Assembly: GCF_009914755.1 (NCBI RefSeq)
Contig: NC_060942.1
Reading direction: 5' to 3' (one strand)
From: the human T2T-CHM13v2.0 reference genome, Homo sapiens
DNA length: 64,000 nt
Positions 32,520 through 58,375 of the stretch are shown here, piece after piece (position 1 is the first letter of the stretch; every line of letters begins with the position of its first letter). The notes under the pieces are model-generated. The model was not told the origin of the DNA. It saw nothing but the letters and a program-made list of their open reading frames with translations, and did no database searches. The translations under genes and the position numbers were made by a program.

Positions 32520-33690
32520 CTCAGTATTGGGTTGAAATACTGCTTTCTCTTGGCCTAATGTGGCATCCTTCTCTCCTGGTTCTCCTCACATTCCTCTCTA
32601 CTTCTTTGCTGGTTCACCTCCTAAGATTGGGCATGTAAATGTCAGAGTTCTTTAGGGCTCAGTACTGTCTCTCCTCTTTTACTTTATCTCAAGGTCAAGC
32701 ATTTTCATCCGTCATTGTGCATCAGTGATCACATTCATCCAAGCGTCAAGTTACCATCTTTATGGTAACCAGTCTCAAATTTTCATCCGCATCTGTCCTC
32801 TGCATATCCACCTATTTGTTCAGCAGCACCAACGATCACACAGGTGTCTCAAACTCATAACAGCTAAGACCAAACTTATCTTCTCTTCACATCTGGTCTT
32901 CATATTCTGAAACTCAGTAACAGTAGTATGTTTCAGCACTTGCTGAAGCCAAAAGCCTAGGAGTCATCCTTGTCACTTCTGTTTTCCATATATTACACAT
33001 CTAATTCATTAATGAGTCCTGTTGATTTTATTTCTTAAGTCTCTTTTGTCTTTCTTCCTATTCACTGTCATTCCACTACCCAAAGATATCATCCCTACTT
33101 CTGGACTGCGATCAGTATGCCTGAATAGGCTTGTGTTCTCTTTAGTATATATCATCAAATTTCTTACGATTGTTTTGGTTAAAATCATCCAATGATTTCC
33201 ATTGTTCTCAAGAGAAAAAGAAACAAATGCTCTTAATTTGGCCAACAAACCTACAGGGTCTGCATCTTACATAACATTCCCAGCCTCATTTATCATCACT
33301 CTTCATACTAGAGACACGGGCGCTATTAGCCATAGATTCTGTTCCTCAAAGTTGCTATGCCCATTCCCACCAGAGGGTCTCCATACATGCTGCTTTCTCA
33401 ACATAGAACACCACCCTCACCCTCCCTTCTCCATCTAGCTGTAATCTGTTCGTCTGAAAGCTCAGTTCTCACCTTACTTGCTCAAGGCAGTCTTGATGAC
33501 CCAGCTCTCTTCTGGTCCTGCTGTACCCTCCCATAGCACCTGTTCTGCTTCCTAGCATTTAACCCAGTTACAATTAAATTAAATAACTTCTTGCCAGTCT
33601 CCCCCAGAATGTAAGCTCCATGAGGACACAGCAGCAATGGACTATTCAGTGGGGGAGGCATAGCAATGCCCAATACACAGTAGGAATCAA
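32520..33690 (+). mobile_element. L2 3' fossil
   Basis: tctcaaactca..., gccaaaagcctaggagtcatccttg, gaatgtaagctccatgagg L2 motifs. Confidence 0.7.
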
Positions 33691-33691
33691 C

Positions 33692-34808
<1,117 letters not shown>

Positions 34809-34813
34809 TAAGT

Positions 34814-34996
34814 CAGTCTTGGAGCATGGTGCCTGTCCCAGCAGCATCAGCATTACTTGGGAACTTGTTAGAAAATCAGATTCCCAAGTCCTATCTCAGT
34901 CCTCTGAATACAGAAGTTCTGGAGCTGAGGTCAGCAATCTTTGTTTTCATAAGGCCTCCATGGGATTCTCATGCAGGCAAGGTTTGAGAACCACTG
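34814..34996. mobile_element. MER5A hAT MITE
   Basis: ccagcagcatcagcattacttgggaacttgttagaaa...tttgagaaccactg. Confidence 0.8.
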
Positions 34997-36299
34997 GAGT
35001 AAATGAATGACATTGTATCTTCTGCTCCTAACAGAAACCTATCAGTCTTTTTTTCTCTTGTTCCAAAAATTTCTCTAAAAGGTTAAAATATAAAATCTTC
35101 AGAATTTTTCAAGAGTCTTAGATATCTGGGGTACTAACCTTCTTGAAATGATTCACTGCTATTTATCCTTGTATACATGTCTCTTTTATAGACTGATTTT
35201 TTATCTTGTTAGAATGGCAGTTACTTTAATTTCTTCAAATATTTCCCCCTTTCCTTCCTTATTGGGATCAATTTATAATAACGTTGTTAGAATATCCTCT
35301 CTACTAACTTTTTCTTTTTAATATCTCTTGCCTAAGGATCATATTACCTTAGTCTGAACTTGTTGAAATATGACCTTTTTTTTCACTAATTCATGAGTCT
35401 TCCTTCAAAAAGAAATTTTCTTTAAATAATTGCCTTTCCAATCTGTTAAGACATTAAATTCAGAATCCTTTTCAGGTGTACCTAGTTTTATAATTTCCTT
35501 TATCTTAGGAGATACTTATTTCCAACAATGTTACATATTTTCAGTATGTAAATCCCAATATTTCAATATTGCTTCTCTAATGTAATCTCTGTGTCTTGTG
35601 CTTCTGTAACAAAAGCCAGGCCTATCTACCAGTTTAGCATCTTTGATCAAACTATTAGTGGAGTTTTAAACACAGGAAAACTGACCTCATCAACTTTCTT
35701 CCACTACAGAAATGGAGGCAGTCATCTTGTTAATAGGAATCCAGGTCCATAAAGAGAAAGGTTTGATAACCTTAGAACTTGAGTGTTACTTTTGAAAACT
35801 ATAAGTTGTGTACCGTTTTGTTCTTTGGTACCTTACCAATTTTTGCACACTACAGAACAAATTTCTTTTTATAGAAATAAAAGGAGTTTTACACCAGTCT
35901 CCATTATACACTATACATTAGGGATTATACATTATAATCTAGCTTTAGTCAACTATTTGAAATTTTTCCCATATGTGCTGCACTTACTTTTTTTTTTATT
36001 TTTTTATTTTCCAAGTACCTCTTCTTTGAATGCCTTTCCCATACCTTGCCTTGCTGATATTCTATTTGTTCACTCTTAAAGCTACAGCTCAACAATATGA
36101 ATTGAGTGGCTGTGCTAGAAATAAAGGCTCTAGTGCTTGAGACATATCAGTAAACAAAACAGACAAAGGCTTCTACCCTCATTGAGCTCATATTCTATTG
36201 CAGCCCCAAGCAGAATGTATGATTTCAATAGCACTTTTTTCATGCCTCTATCACAGCATTACCATCAACTTGTGTAAGTCTCTTTCCCAACTAGATCTG

Positions 36300-36438
36300 C
36301 AACATTGTCTGCTCGATAGAATCACATAAGAATCTTTGGAAAAACAACTATATCCCAGGTCCCACCTCCAGAGATTTTGATTTAGTTTGGGGCAGGGCCC
36401 AGATGATTCTAATGTACAGCCAGAGTTAAGAACCACTG
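36300..36438. mobile_element. MER5-like MITE fragment
   Basis: agaatcac...cccacctccagagatt...gattctaatgtacagccagagttaagaaccactg. Confidence 0.65.
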
Positions 36439-36449
36439 TGAAAATTTTT

Positions 36450-41586
<5,137 letters not shown>

Positions 41587-42108
41587 CTGTGAAATTTTTG
41601 AAAATGTGATTGTTGTATTACTCATTTGATATTAACTAACATTTAACATGTAGTGGGGTAATCAATAAGTGTTTGTTGATCTGCTTTGTGACAGTAGGAA
41701 GAAATGATATTGGCTCTCGTTCCACTGAGCTACTAGGACATTAAGATAAATAGTCTTTATGGGGCCTTTGAGAAATTGGGTTTATTTTAGGTAATTATTA
41801 GGATGCATAATCAATGAAAGTTAACAGATAGACAAATATCCAGAAAAACTATAGAAACTTAAGCAGCCTGGGAAACATGGCAAGGCCCTGTCTCTACAAA
41901 ATTTTTAAAAATTAGCCAGGTGTGGTGGTGTGCACCTGTAGTCCTAGCTACTTGGGAGGCAAAAGTGGGAGGATTGCTCGAGCCCAGGAGGTTGAGGCTG
42001 CAGTGAGCCGTGATTGTGCAGCCAAAAAAAAAAAAAAAAAAAAAAAAAAAAGAAATGGGAAAAAACTGAAGGTTTAAAAAGAAAAGATAAATCATATTTT
42101 ATAAATTA

Positions 42109-42556
<448 letters not shown>

Positions 42557-42867
42557 TCATGTCTGAGTGGGTTTTCTTTGGATATTCCAGTTTCCTCTGA
42601 AATCTCAAAGCTGTACACATTAGGTTAATTGGTGTGTCTACATGGTCCCAGTTGGAGTGAGTATGTGGGTGTCTGTGAGCGTGTCCTGTAATGGAATTAC
42701 ATTCTCTCCAGGGTCATTTCCCACCTTGCACCCTGAGCTTCTGGAAGAGAATCCAGCCATCTGTGAGCCTGAACTGAAATAAGTGGGTTAGAAAATGAAT
42801 AAAGGTATGAATACATATGATGGTAAAATAAAACTTCACAAAATATATGAAAATCATATAAATACAT

Positions 42868-43228
42868 TGATATTATGTGGCTGTGTCCCCACCTAAATCT
42901 GACCTTGAATTGTAACAATCCCTATGCGTCAAGGACAGGACCAGGTGGAGATAATTAAATCATGGGAGCAGTTCTCCCATCCTGTTCTCGTGATAGTGAG
43001 TGAGTTCTCATGAGATCTGATGGTTTTGTAAGGGGCCTCCCCCTTTGTTTGGCACTTCTTCCTGCCGCCCTGTGCAGAAGGACATGTTTGCTTCCCCTTC
43101 TGCTATGATTGTAAATTTCCTGAGGCCTCCACAGCCCTGCAGAACTGTGTGTCAAGTAAACCTCTTTCCTTTATATATTGCCCAGTCTTGGACAGTTCTT
43201 TATGGCAGTGTGAGAACACACTAATACA
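42868..43228 (+). mobile_element. THE1 (MaLR) solo LTR
   Basis: TGATAT..TGGCTGTGTCCCCAC start, CTAATACA end, 5-bp TSD TACAT/TGCAT. Confidence 0.9.
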
Positions 43229-43883
43229 TGCATGAAAATAAATGATGCAGGACAAAAGTGCTTATTGAGCCTGCCATGTCTGTGATTGTTTTTGAGCTGC
43301 ATAGTGGTAGGAAGTACTCTGATATTTTTTGCTTTGCGAACATTTATTCCTTGATTTAATCCACCACTATTGCAACCCCCATCACTCACTGATTCACCAA
43401 AAATTGGGTAATTATGCTACTTGTTTTTATTAATATTTCTTAAAGGTATATATAGCTCACATTTATTTCAATGTTTAATATTAGAAGTGTTTTGTGTCTT
43501 TATTTAGAAGTTTGGTGATGTTTCTGTGACCAGAAAAATGCCACAAGAAACTAAACTCTTGTTTATACCAATTAGCCTATGGTAAAATTGGTTTTGTTTT
43601 GCTTAAAGTTGCAGTTTCCAAGCACCTATTGATGACATTGAGGACTTATTGTATTTAGAAAAAAATGCCACCCTTATATTTCTCGAATACTCTATAATTT
43701 CACTGTACTTTAGGGTCCATGATTTTGCTTGTTTTTCACAATGATGATGTAGATAGGGCAGACATCATCCCCATTTTACAGATTAAGAATCTGATTCATG
43801 GTTGATGAGGTTAGATGTCTAATCCAAGGTTGTATGCCAGGTTGATGGTAGGTAGATCCAGAACTTGAACCCTAATCTAAGGC

Positions 43884-44186
43884 CTTTTTTTTTTTTTTTT
43901 TTTTTGAGACGGAGTCTCACTCTGTCGCCCAGGCTGGGGTGCAGTGGTGCAATCTCGGCTAACTGCAAGCTCCGCCTCCTGGGTTAACACCATTCTCCTA
44001 CCTCAGCCTCTTGAGTAGCTGGGACTACAGGCACCCGCCACCACGCCCGGCTAATTTTTTGTATTTTTAGTAGAGACGGGGTTTCACTGTGTTAGCCAGG
44101 ATGGTCTCGATCTCCTGACCTCGTGATCCGCCCGCCTTGGCCTCCCAAAGTGCTGAGATTACAGGTGTGAGCCACCGCGCCCGGCC
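43884..44186 (-). mobile_element. AluY
   Basis: Y diagnostics; TSD AATCTAA(G/T)GC. Confidence 0.9.
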
Positions 44187-44600
44187 AATCTAATGCTCTT
44201 TCTTAACACTGAGAACTGTCCATAAAAGGTGGAATTGCCCCTGACTTTGGCTGTTAGGCAGGATACATTTATGAGCTCCACATTCCCCTTCCTCTACATA
44301 TCTGGGTCTCCTCTCCTAGGAGACCTACTTCTGGGTCTAGGTCTCTAGAGATAGCTACCAGCCACCAAGACCTTTAGATGGTTTACTTTGACATGTCATC
44401 CCTGGATTTATCTCCTAGGACTGGGACACAGGAACTTTTAGCTTATTGTACTTATTCATTGAGTGAGTTATTAGTGTGTGCTAGAAACTGTGCTGAACCC
44501 TGGACAGACAATATTGATCAGGAAGACATAAGGCCTGCCCGTATGATGTTTTACAGTAGTGGGAGAGAGATATTCTATATCCACACTCACAAACCCTTAG

Positions 44601-45154
44601 GAGCCTTAGACACTATAAGAGGGCCACACCTTGTGGCAAATGTTATCTGTATAGTAACAACATCCCATAAAAATAAGAAATATGGCTCACAACTCTAAAA
44701 CTCCAAGTGTGTTAAGTGCTATGATGCTATGAGAGCATATAATAGCAGAATTTGGTTACGTCAGGGAGGTCACAGAAAAGATTCCAGTTAAAGCCAGATC
44801 TGAGGGAAGAGTAGGCATTAACTAGACAAAAGTGTTGTACAAAACTAAACTAGTGCTTCTTGTCTTGTCCAGCATGGTAAAATTTTGAACCTCACAATAT
44901 TTCTCAGACCTCTCTACATGATGAGTAGCCGATTTTTTAATTGTCTTCTGTGGAAGGCTCAGAGTAGCCGATTTTTAACGATTGGGGAAATACACAGTCC
45001 TATGAATCCGCTAACAACTCTAAATAGATTTCTAATTTATTAATCACCCAACCTTTAGATACATTTGAGCCATATTTCTTATTTTTGTGGGATGTTATTA
45101 CTATACAGATAACATTTGCCACAAGGTGTGGCCCCCTTATAGTGTCTAAGGCTC
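44601..45154. repeat. 89-bp inverted repeat (44601-44689 vs 45066-45154) with a 376-bp spacer
   Basis: 3 mismatches by eye; both arms translate to ALDTIRGPHLVANVICIV in opposite-strand ORFs. Confidence 0.95.
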
Positions 45155-45544
45155 GGGTTTGCTGCCCATGAGTTATCCATCTCTGAGCTAATCTGTGGGC
45201 ATGTACTGTTGAGACAAGAGAAAACAAGAGCTTTCTTCTCCTCTCTCTTTCCTCTGCTACTAGGTACCAAAAGTCCATTTTTTCAGTGGCTTCTTGGGGA
45301 CATCAGTGTCAGCCAGTTTGCAGTCCAGTTTCAAGAGTGGACAGGCTGTGAAAAGACCTAGTATTGCTTTAGAATAAGTAATTGTGAAATGGAAAAACTA
45401 TTAAGGGAAGAGAGCACAAATATTGGGTAATAGCAGTGGTTGGTCAAACTGATTCAGAAAGCCCTTATGGTTCAGTATATTTTATTTGGGTAAAAAGGGA
45501 GGAGTTCTCTTAAGAATGTTTAAATACATTATTTTAAAAAAATT

Positions 45545-45825
45545 GAAACAGAGTCCCACTCTATTGCTCAGGCTGGAGTGCAGTGGCTCATTCATAGCTC
45601 ATGGCAGCCTCAAACTCCTGGGCTCCAGCCATCCTCCCACCTCAGCCTCCCAAGTAGCTGAGACTACAGGAATGTGCTACTATGACTGGCCAATTTTTAA
45701 AATTTGTAGTAGAGACAGGGTCTTACTATGCTGCCTAGGCTGGTCTCAAACTCCTGGGCTCAAGTGATCTTCCTGCCTTGGCCTCCCAAAGCACTGGGAT
45801 TGCAGGTGTGAGCCATTGTGCCTGG
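45545..45825 (-). mobile_element. AluJ
   Basis: Antisense Alu; TSD TAAATACATT. Confidence 0.85.
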
Positions 45826-46499
45826 CATAAATACATTCTTCAAAGCACCTGGAGTGCTGTTTGGGCTGGCAAAGCTCTGGGGATCAAGTCCCAGAATGAT
45901 GCGTGCACTTCCTCACCAAAATAGTGCTGCTTTTCCTTCTGTCTGGGATGTCTAACCTGTCTCCAAGCTTGGCCCTCTGACCTGCAGGCTTAAGCTTCAG
46001 CCTGGACTCTTCTGTGAAGGCATTGCTGACCCCTTCAGAGAGATTCTAGAGTGATTTCCCAGGCCCCCCTGTACAGCGGTCCACCTGCATTATTTGCAAT
46101 TGCCACATGGCCCCACATGTCGCCTCATGAGGCTGGGAACTCCCAAAGGCAGTGGCTAATAGGTGCTCAATAAATGCTTGGGAAAGGAATTCGTTGTTGC
46201 TTTTCGGATACTGGGGATTTAAAATAAATATTACAAAGTATTTTGGGAGAAAAATATAATGGTGTCTACTAGAGTTCAAAGCAATGTGCAACTCTGCCAT
46301 AATTTTAAGCTCTTGGTATACTTGTTATCCTGAATGATGTCAAGTATTGTAATCCAGTTTCGTGAATCTACGACAGGACAACTAGCAGCTCTGGGGGAAG
46401 GAAGCACAAAACGCAGAAAGCAAAAGGAACCGCATCAAATTACAAGTAGAGCTAGGCAAGCGGCACATTGAAGAGGCTGCTTAAAACACACACGTGGGA

Positions 46500-46518
46500 T
46501 GGCCACAAGGTGGCAGCT
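46500..46518 (+). promoter_or_regulatory. CTCF binding motif
   Basis: TGGCCACAAGGTGGCAGCT vs consensus TGGCCACCAGGGGGCGCTA; lies in unique, CpG-retaining DNA with an adjacent E-box CACGTG at 46491. Confidence 0.7.
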
Positions 46519-46861
46519 TAGAACCGTGACATTACGCATCGACCATTCAAAGACCGAACAGCGGGGAATGTGGCAGGCTGGAGAGTGGAGAGCGGGTTTA
46601 TTGGGGCAATTAGAACCGGGAAAGGAGAAAGAGACCGTGATTTATTGTATTTGGTGCGCACATCCTTATAATTTTGTTTGCCCTAGAAAAAAGCACAGGC
46701 ACACACACTTAAATGCATATACACAGCAAAGACTCATCAATTTCACTCTTGAGAAGCGTTAACCCCAGAATGAGTCTCCTGTGCAGTCGCGAGCTGGCTG
46801 TTTCCTGAGGTGGCCTCACGTCCTTCGTACCTTTTATGGCGTGCTTTTATAGGCTGTTTAA

Positions 46862-47167
<306 letters not shown>

Positions 47168-47578
47168 CAGGACTTCTTAAGAGTACTTTTACTTTCTCTG
47201 GGGTTCATGTAACATATTTACTTTAGAACCTCACTAAGTTGCTACTCTACTCTGCTTATAAAAATATACATATAGAAATCCATATATTATTATAGACTAT
47301 ATACATCTATATTATACGTTATAATAATATGTAGCATTAATTGATGAATCAGGAAACCAGTGCTTTCTACTATGCCTTTGAAATAGTGGGTGCTTAATAT
47401 ATGTCTGCTGAACTGAAGGGAAACAGAATACATATTTTGGAAAATGGAAGGTGTGGACACAGTAGCAGAGGAATATTGCAACACAGTGTAGAGGATCATA
47501 AAGGGGCAAAAGGGAGAAGAGAATGTCTACCTCTCTGCCACTTCTCAGAGCTAACCTGCTGTACCCAAGGGTCCATGA

Positions 47579-48408
<830 letters not shown>

Positions 48409-49270
48409 TGATCTATACTATCACCACGTCTACATGTCCTAGTGATTTGAACAGCAGCCTTTATAACATAATCGTGAAACTTTGGATTTCTAGAAGGCAA
48501 ATGACGTAAGAGTCAATGCCTTGTCTGAATGATCATATTTCCATACCTTGCCCAGAGGAGGCATTTAATAAAGATTGGTTATAAATTTAACCTATCCAAT
48601 AAGAAGTCCAAAAGCTAAGCACTGAACCACATGAACGTGGGAAATTACTGAATTAAAAGGAAATGTTATTTACAATAAACCATATAGATAGATACTACCT
48701 AAAACGTAGCTTTTGTTAAACTTCCAACAAATCGAAATTATATTTTAGTAAAATCATAATTTTTCAGACCAGCAGTAGGGTAAAAACTATGGATATGGGG
48801 CAAAGGGTGTGGTATCATCCTGTCTCCAGGAACTTATAACTTACTGGAAAACGATAACATATCTATAAATGCACTTTCAACAACATATGGCAAAAATAAG
48901 TGCTATAGATGCTCAGAGGAGGGAGGAAGGCTTCATAGAAGGGATTAGCATTGGCCTGGACTTTGGAAGGTGAATCATAACTGTATAACAGGAGGGGGAA
49001 GCATTCTTGGGGCAGAGGCTCAGGAAGGTGTGTTCAGGTGAGGGTGAGTAGAACAGGGTGCCCAGAACAGTTCAGGAGGGTGTGGCACAGGGAGAAAAGA
49101 CTGAGATGCAGAGGGGCCAGATCATGAGGACGCCTGGGAGTCTGTCCTCAGAGAGTCTGTCCTTTACCCCAGAGGCACTGCAGGCCTTTGAACAGGGTAA
49201 TGACCTGGTGGAGGCTAAACTTTTGAAAGATTATGCAGGATATATTGATATGGGTATAATTAGAGACTTA

Positions 49271-49834
<564 letters not shown>

Positions 49835-50329
49835 TCATTTTCACTTTAAATATTTTTTATGAACAAAGTACAAATAATGGCCCACATTTCTTATAAATAG
49901 ACTAATTTTTAAAGATGTAGCTGGGGAATGGATGATGAATGAAGAGGACAATGACTACGACTTTATTTAGAAGCAAATCCCACCTAAAGTGCCAAGGGCA
50001 TGGGCTTGCTTTTGAAAGGGGCTCTTTGCAATCAGCTGGGCAGTGGTTTGCTATGCACGGTGGCCCTTCAGAGGACCAGCTAACCTGAAAAGTTATCCCT
50101 ACCAGGATCACCAGCCAACTGCAGCACAAACCTTCTGTAAAGAAAAATGGGCTGGGTGCGGTGGCGCATGCCTGTGGTCTCAGCCACCGGGGAGGCTGAG
50201 GTGGGAGGATCAAGGCCAGGAGTTGTGGTGAGACCAGCCTGGGCAACATAGTGAGGCCTGGTCTTAAAAAGCAACTTAAGTTTCACTCAGGTATCCACAG
50301 TTTCATTTGGGTAACAGAAAAATATACCT

Positions 50330-51240
<911 letters not shown>

Positions 51241-51514
51241 AAACAGAAATATCTGTTGTAATATCATAGTACTGGAAAGGACTTCAAGATGTCATCTAAC
51301 ATGGTTTAATCAATTAAATGTAGTTCATCTAATACATATCAACTAAGTCATGGAGCCCTCATGTGCTGGGTTTTGGATGTGATGTTGTGAGAGCCCTGAG
51401 GAAGGGCACTTGGCTCAAGCTGGAGGTCAGGAAGAGTTCCCGGAGGAGATGGTGCTTAAGCCAAGAGTTAAAGGACAACTAAGCATTAGCTTGGAGGCAC
51501 TAAGCAATTTGAGA

Positions 51515-51807
51515 GGGTGGGCACAGTGGCTCCTGCCTGTAATCCCAGCACTTTGGGAGGCTGAAGTGGGAGGATTCCTTGAGCTCAGGAGTTTGAGACC
51601 AGCCTGGGCAACACAGAGAAACTGCATCTCTTAAAAAAATTTAAAAATTAGCTGGGCGTGGTGGTGCACAACTGTGGTTCCAGCTACTTGAGAGGCTAAG
51701 GTAGGATGATCTCTTGTGCCCAGGAGGTCAAGGCTGCAGCGAGCTGTGATCACGCTACTTCACTCCAGCCTGGGTGACAGAGTTAGACTCTGTCTCAAAA
51801 CAAAACA
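51515..51807 (+). mobile_element. AluJ within an antisense L2 fossil
   Basis: Alu consensus. Confidence 0.85.
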
Positions 51808-52639
51808 GTTTGGGGATGTAGCTTTGGGGAGGACTGTGCAAGGAAGCTGTAAACACTTGGTATAATTGGCATATTGAGTACAAGGTTGGAGGGGACAGGA
51901 GATCTACAACTAGGCAAAGTTATAAATATAGATGGAAGACCTCCAGCGCCATGCTGTCTAGATTGCATTTACTCTTGCAGCTTCTAGGCTGCCACTGAAG
52001 GGCTGAACACAGAAAGTGACATAGTGTCTTGCATTTTGGACAGACCATTCTGTACATACAGAAGAGGGGGTCATGTTGACAGAAGGAGCCAGTTAGGAGG
52101 CCAAAGTCCAGAAGAGAGAGATGCTGAGAATCTGAAAGGATAATGTGGTAGGGATGATGGGTGGGGGAGGAGAGAAGGGGGTTTCCAAAATGTTGAGGAG
52201 GAAGAATGAGCCACGCTTGATATGGCTTAGGTGTGAATATGAAGGACAGGATGAGATCCAGAAAACTCAGGTGTTCCTATTGATGTGCCCAGGTAGTGGG
52301 AGGAGCCATTAACAGAGAGAAGCTTGCAGGAGATAGATTTTCCCTAGGAGGAACAAAGTGAATTGGGTTCTAAATGAGTTGATTTTGAGATACGTCCAGC
52401 AGGAATTGGATTTTGAATGTGAAGGTTAAGGATAGGAGGTCACCGAAACCATGAGAACAAATTAGGTCACCCAGACTAACATGGAATAATATCTAATAGT
52501 TGCTAACATTCACTATAACCCTCCTATGTGTTTATATGTATTAACTTACTTAATTCTCCCAAAACCCTATTCAGGTGATACTTTTACCCCATTTATATAG
52601 AAATGAGAGGTTAGAAATAATAAGAGAACTTCCACAATC

Positions 52640-54540
52640 TCCCTACCCACACACCTACCTACCTATCCACCTCGGTCTGCTGACCTCAAGTGCTTGGTCT
52701 TCTATGGATGAAAGTAACTTTTCTCAGAGTGCAACCCCTCCACAGTGGAACAGATCTCATCCTCTCTCACCTCCTAAAATAACATTGCTTCAGCAATTGT
52801 CCTCTCCCTCTGTCCTTCATAAAATCCAGCCTCTTTGTGGATCATTCCTATCAGTATACAAACATACTATTATTTCTCCTAGTTTGAACAAAACCAAGAC
52901 CACAACCACAACCAAAACCCTTGACCCCATTCTGCCTTCCAGCTCATGTTCCATTTTTGTCCTTCCTTTTACACCTCAAAAGAATTGTCTGTACTCATCG
53001 TCTCTAACTTCTCTGTTTCATTCTCATGTGAACTCATGCTGGTATGGCTTTTATGGCTTCTAGTCTGCCTAAATTGTCCTTAACAAGGTAGCCAAAGACC
53101 TCCATTTTGGTAAATCCAACAAACAGCTCTCAGTTCTTGTCTAATTTGACCTGTCTGCAGCATCCTGACTCAGCTGATCACCTCCTCCTTCTTCTGTCAC
53201 TGGAGTCAGAGGCTACTAAGCTCTTGGTTCTTCTCCTACCTCTCTGCTCAGTCCCTTAGTTTCTTTTGCTTGTTTCTCCTCATGTCCCTGAACTTTTAGT
53301 GGAGACCAGTCCTTGTACCTTCTCTTCTCTGTTCATGCCTTGGTGATCTCATCCAATCTTGTGGCATTAAATATTTCTCATTGCATGCGGTTACTCCCAA
53401 ATTGGTATCTTTAGCCTGTACTTACCTCTTCATAGATCCAACTGTCATTTCCAATTTGGTGTCTAAGAGAAAATTCAAACTTAGTTTGTCGAAACTGAAC
53501 TCCTGACCTCCTCCTATCCCATCCAAGCTTAGTTGTCCTTATGCTTTTCCAGGTTTATTTAATAGCAACTTTATTGGTATAGTTGCTTAGCTCTAAAACT
53601 TGGATTCAGCTTAGATTCCTCTTTTTTTTTTTTTTTGAGACAGAGTCTCGCTCCGTCACCCAGGCTAGAGTGCAGTGGCAAAATCTTGGCTCACAGCAAG
53701 CTCCGCCTCCCGGGTTCACACCATTCTCCTGCCTCAGCCTCTTGAGTAGCTGGGACTACAGGTGCCCACCACCACGCCAGGCTAATTTTTTGTATTTTTA
53801 GTAGAGATGGGGTTTCACTGTGTTAGCCAGGATGGTCTTGATCTCCTGACCTCGTGATCCACCCGCCTCGGCCTCCCAAAGTGCTGAGATTACAGGCGTG
53901 AGCCACCGTGCCCGGCCTGGATTCCTCTTTTTCTTTGATACTCCACATCCAGTTCAAATTTCCATGGACTTCACCTTCAAAATATTCCTGGGATCTGACC
54001 TCTCTGTACCATCCCCACTGTGGCTCCCGTGGTCTAAGCTGTCCTCAGTTCCCCTGTGGATTTCTGCAATAACCTCATAATCTGCATTTGTCAATCTTTC
54101 AGTGTATTCCCAATAGAGCAGCCAGAATAATCCTGCTAAGACTCATTTGATCTTGTTATTCCCCTGCTCGAAAATCATCCAGTGGATCCTTATGCCACAG
54201 TGAGTAGGAGCCAAAGTCTTGGAATGTCCTACAAGCCCTTCCCTCTCTCTACTGCACTCAAACAAATTGACCTCCCCTCTTGCTACTCTCTTCATTTGCT
54301 CCCTCCAGCCACACTGTTATCCCTGCTGCTGTTTGAACATGTTGGTTGTGTTCACAACTCAAGGCCTTGTATTTGCCATCTCCTATGGCTGGAACTCTCT
54401 TCCCATAAAAATCCCCAGAGCTTGCCCCCTCACTTCCTTCATATCATTACTCAGATGTCACCTCCTTGTTAAATCCTTCCCTGACAATCCTATTGAATAT
54501 TTCTACCCTTCCCCCGACACTCTTTATTCCCTCTCTTAAC
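52640..54540 (+). mobile_element. L2a fossil interrupted by AluY (53620-53917, minus)
   Basis: aaatccaac..ctctcagttcttgtc, ggtgatctcatcca, cagcagccaga motifs; Alu TSD GATTCCTCTTTT. Confidence 0.75.
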
Positions 54541-54542
54541 CA

Positions 54543-55725
<1,183 letters not shown>

Positions 55726-55979
55726 CTATTTTTTCCCCCACATCTCTTAGCACCTTCTCCCATGCTCTATATTTTAGTTATCTGTGTCCTACTTTGAAAT
55801 GTAAATTCTATCAAGGCAGGGATTTTTGCCTGTTTTGCTGTATCCTTGGCTCTCAGAAAAGATTTTTTTTTTGCCCTTTTATGTAATCATAAAATTAAGT
55901 TTATCAAGTAAATTTGATCTCAAAAAATGAGTATGTAGAGTAGCTCCTTTATGGTAGCCTCTATATATATTAAAATTGT

Positions 55980-56323
<344 letters not shown>

Positions 56324-56863
56324 TAGTTTCTTGTATGGAAAGAAGCCTTTTCTGTACATTTCTATCTTATCAGAACAGATCTTGGCACTTAATAGCCATT
56401 CCACATATATTTACTGAGTGAATGAATGTAGTGTGGGAAGATGTGGCAAGGGTCTGGCAGAGGAAGAACCTGAGTAAGAATTCTTGGAGCTTTGTCAAGG
56501 CATGACCTGGTTTGGTTTAGTTCAGCAAACATTTGTTGAGTACCTATCATATGTCAGGTATCTTGCTAGCTACTGAGATCATAAAAAGAATATGGCATGT
56601 TTGCCAATCTGGCTGAATTCAGCAAGGTTCGAGAAAAAGGGAGAGAGGTTTCAGGGTAAATAGGACATAAAGAGTTTCTAAAATGAAGAAATATTCAATA
56701 GAGCCAAATTCAGCATAATGGATGATTAAGAAAGAGATTGAGAAGTATCTTCTTTACAGAGCAATTGGAAAAGTTACAGCAGATTTTCTCCGAGATGCTA
56801 CTTTCTCTGATGTTTTATTCTCAAATACTTTGGCCATGTTCTGTTGTAGCCATCTTGATGTAA

Positions 56864-58375
<1,512 letters not shown>

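Noticed and set aside
52575-53063. 162-aa ORF
   Set aside because: Spans a MIR/L2 junction, non-ATG start, no domain or splice support
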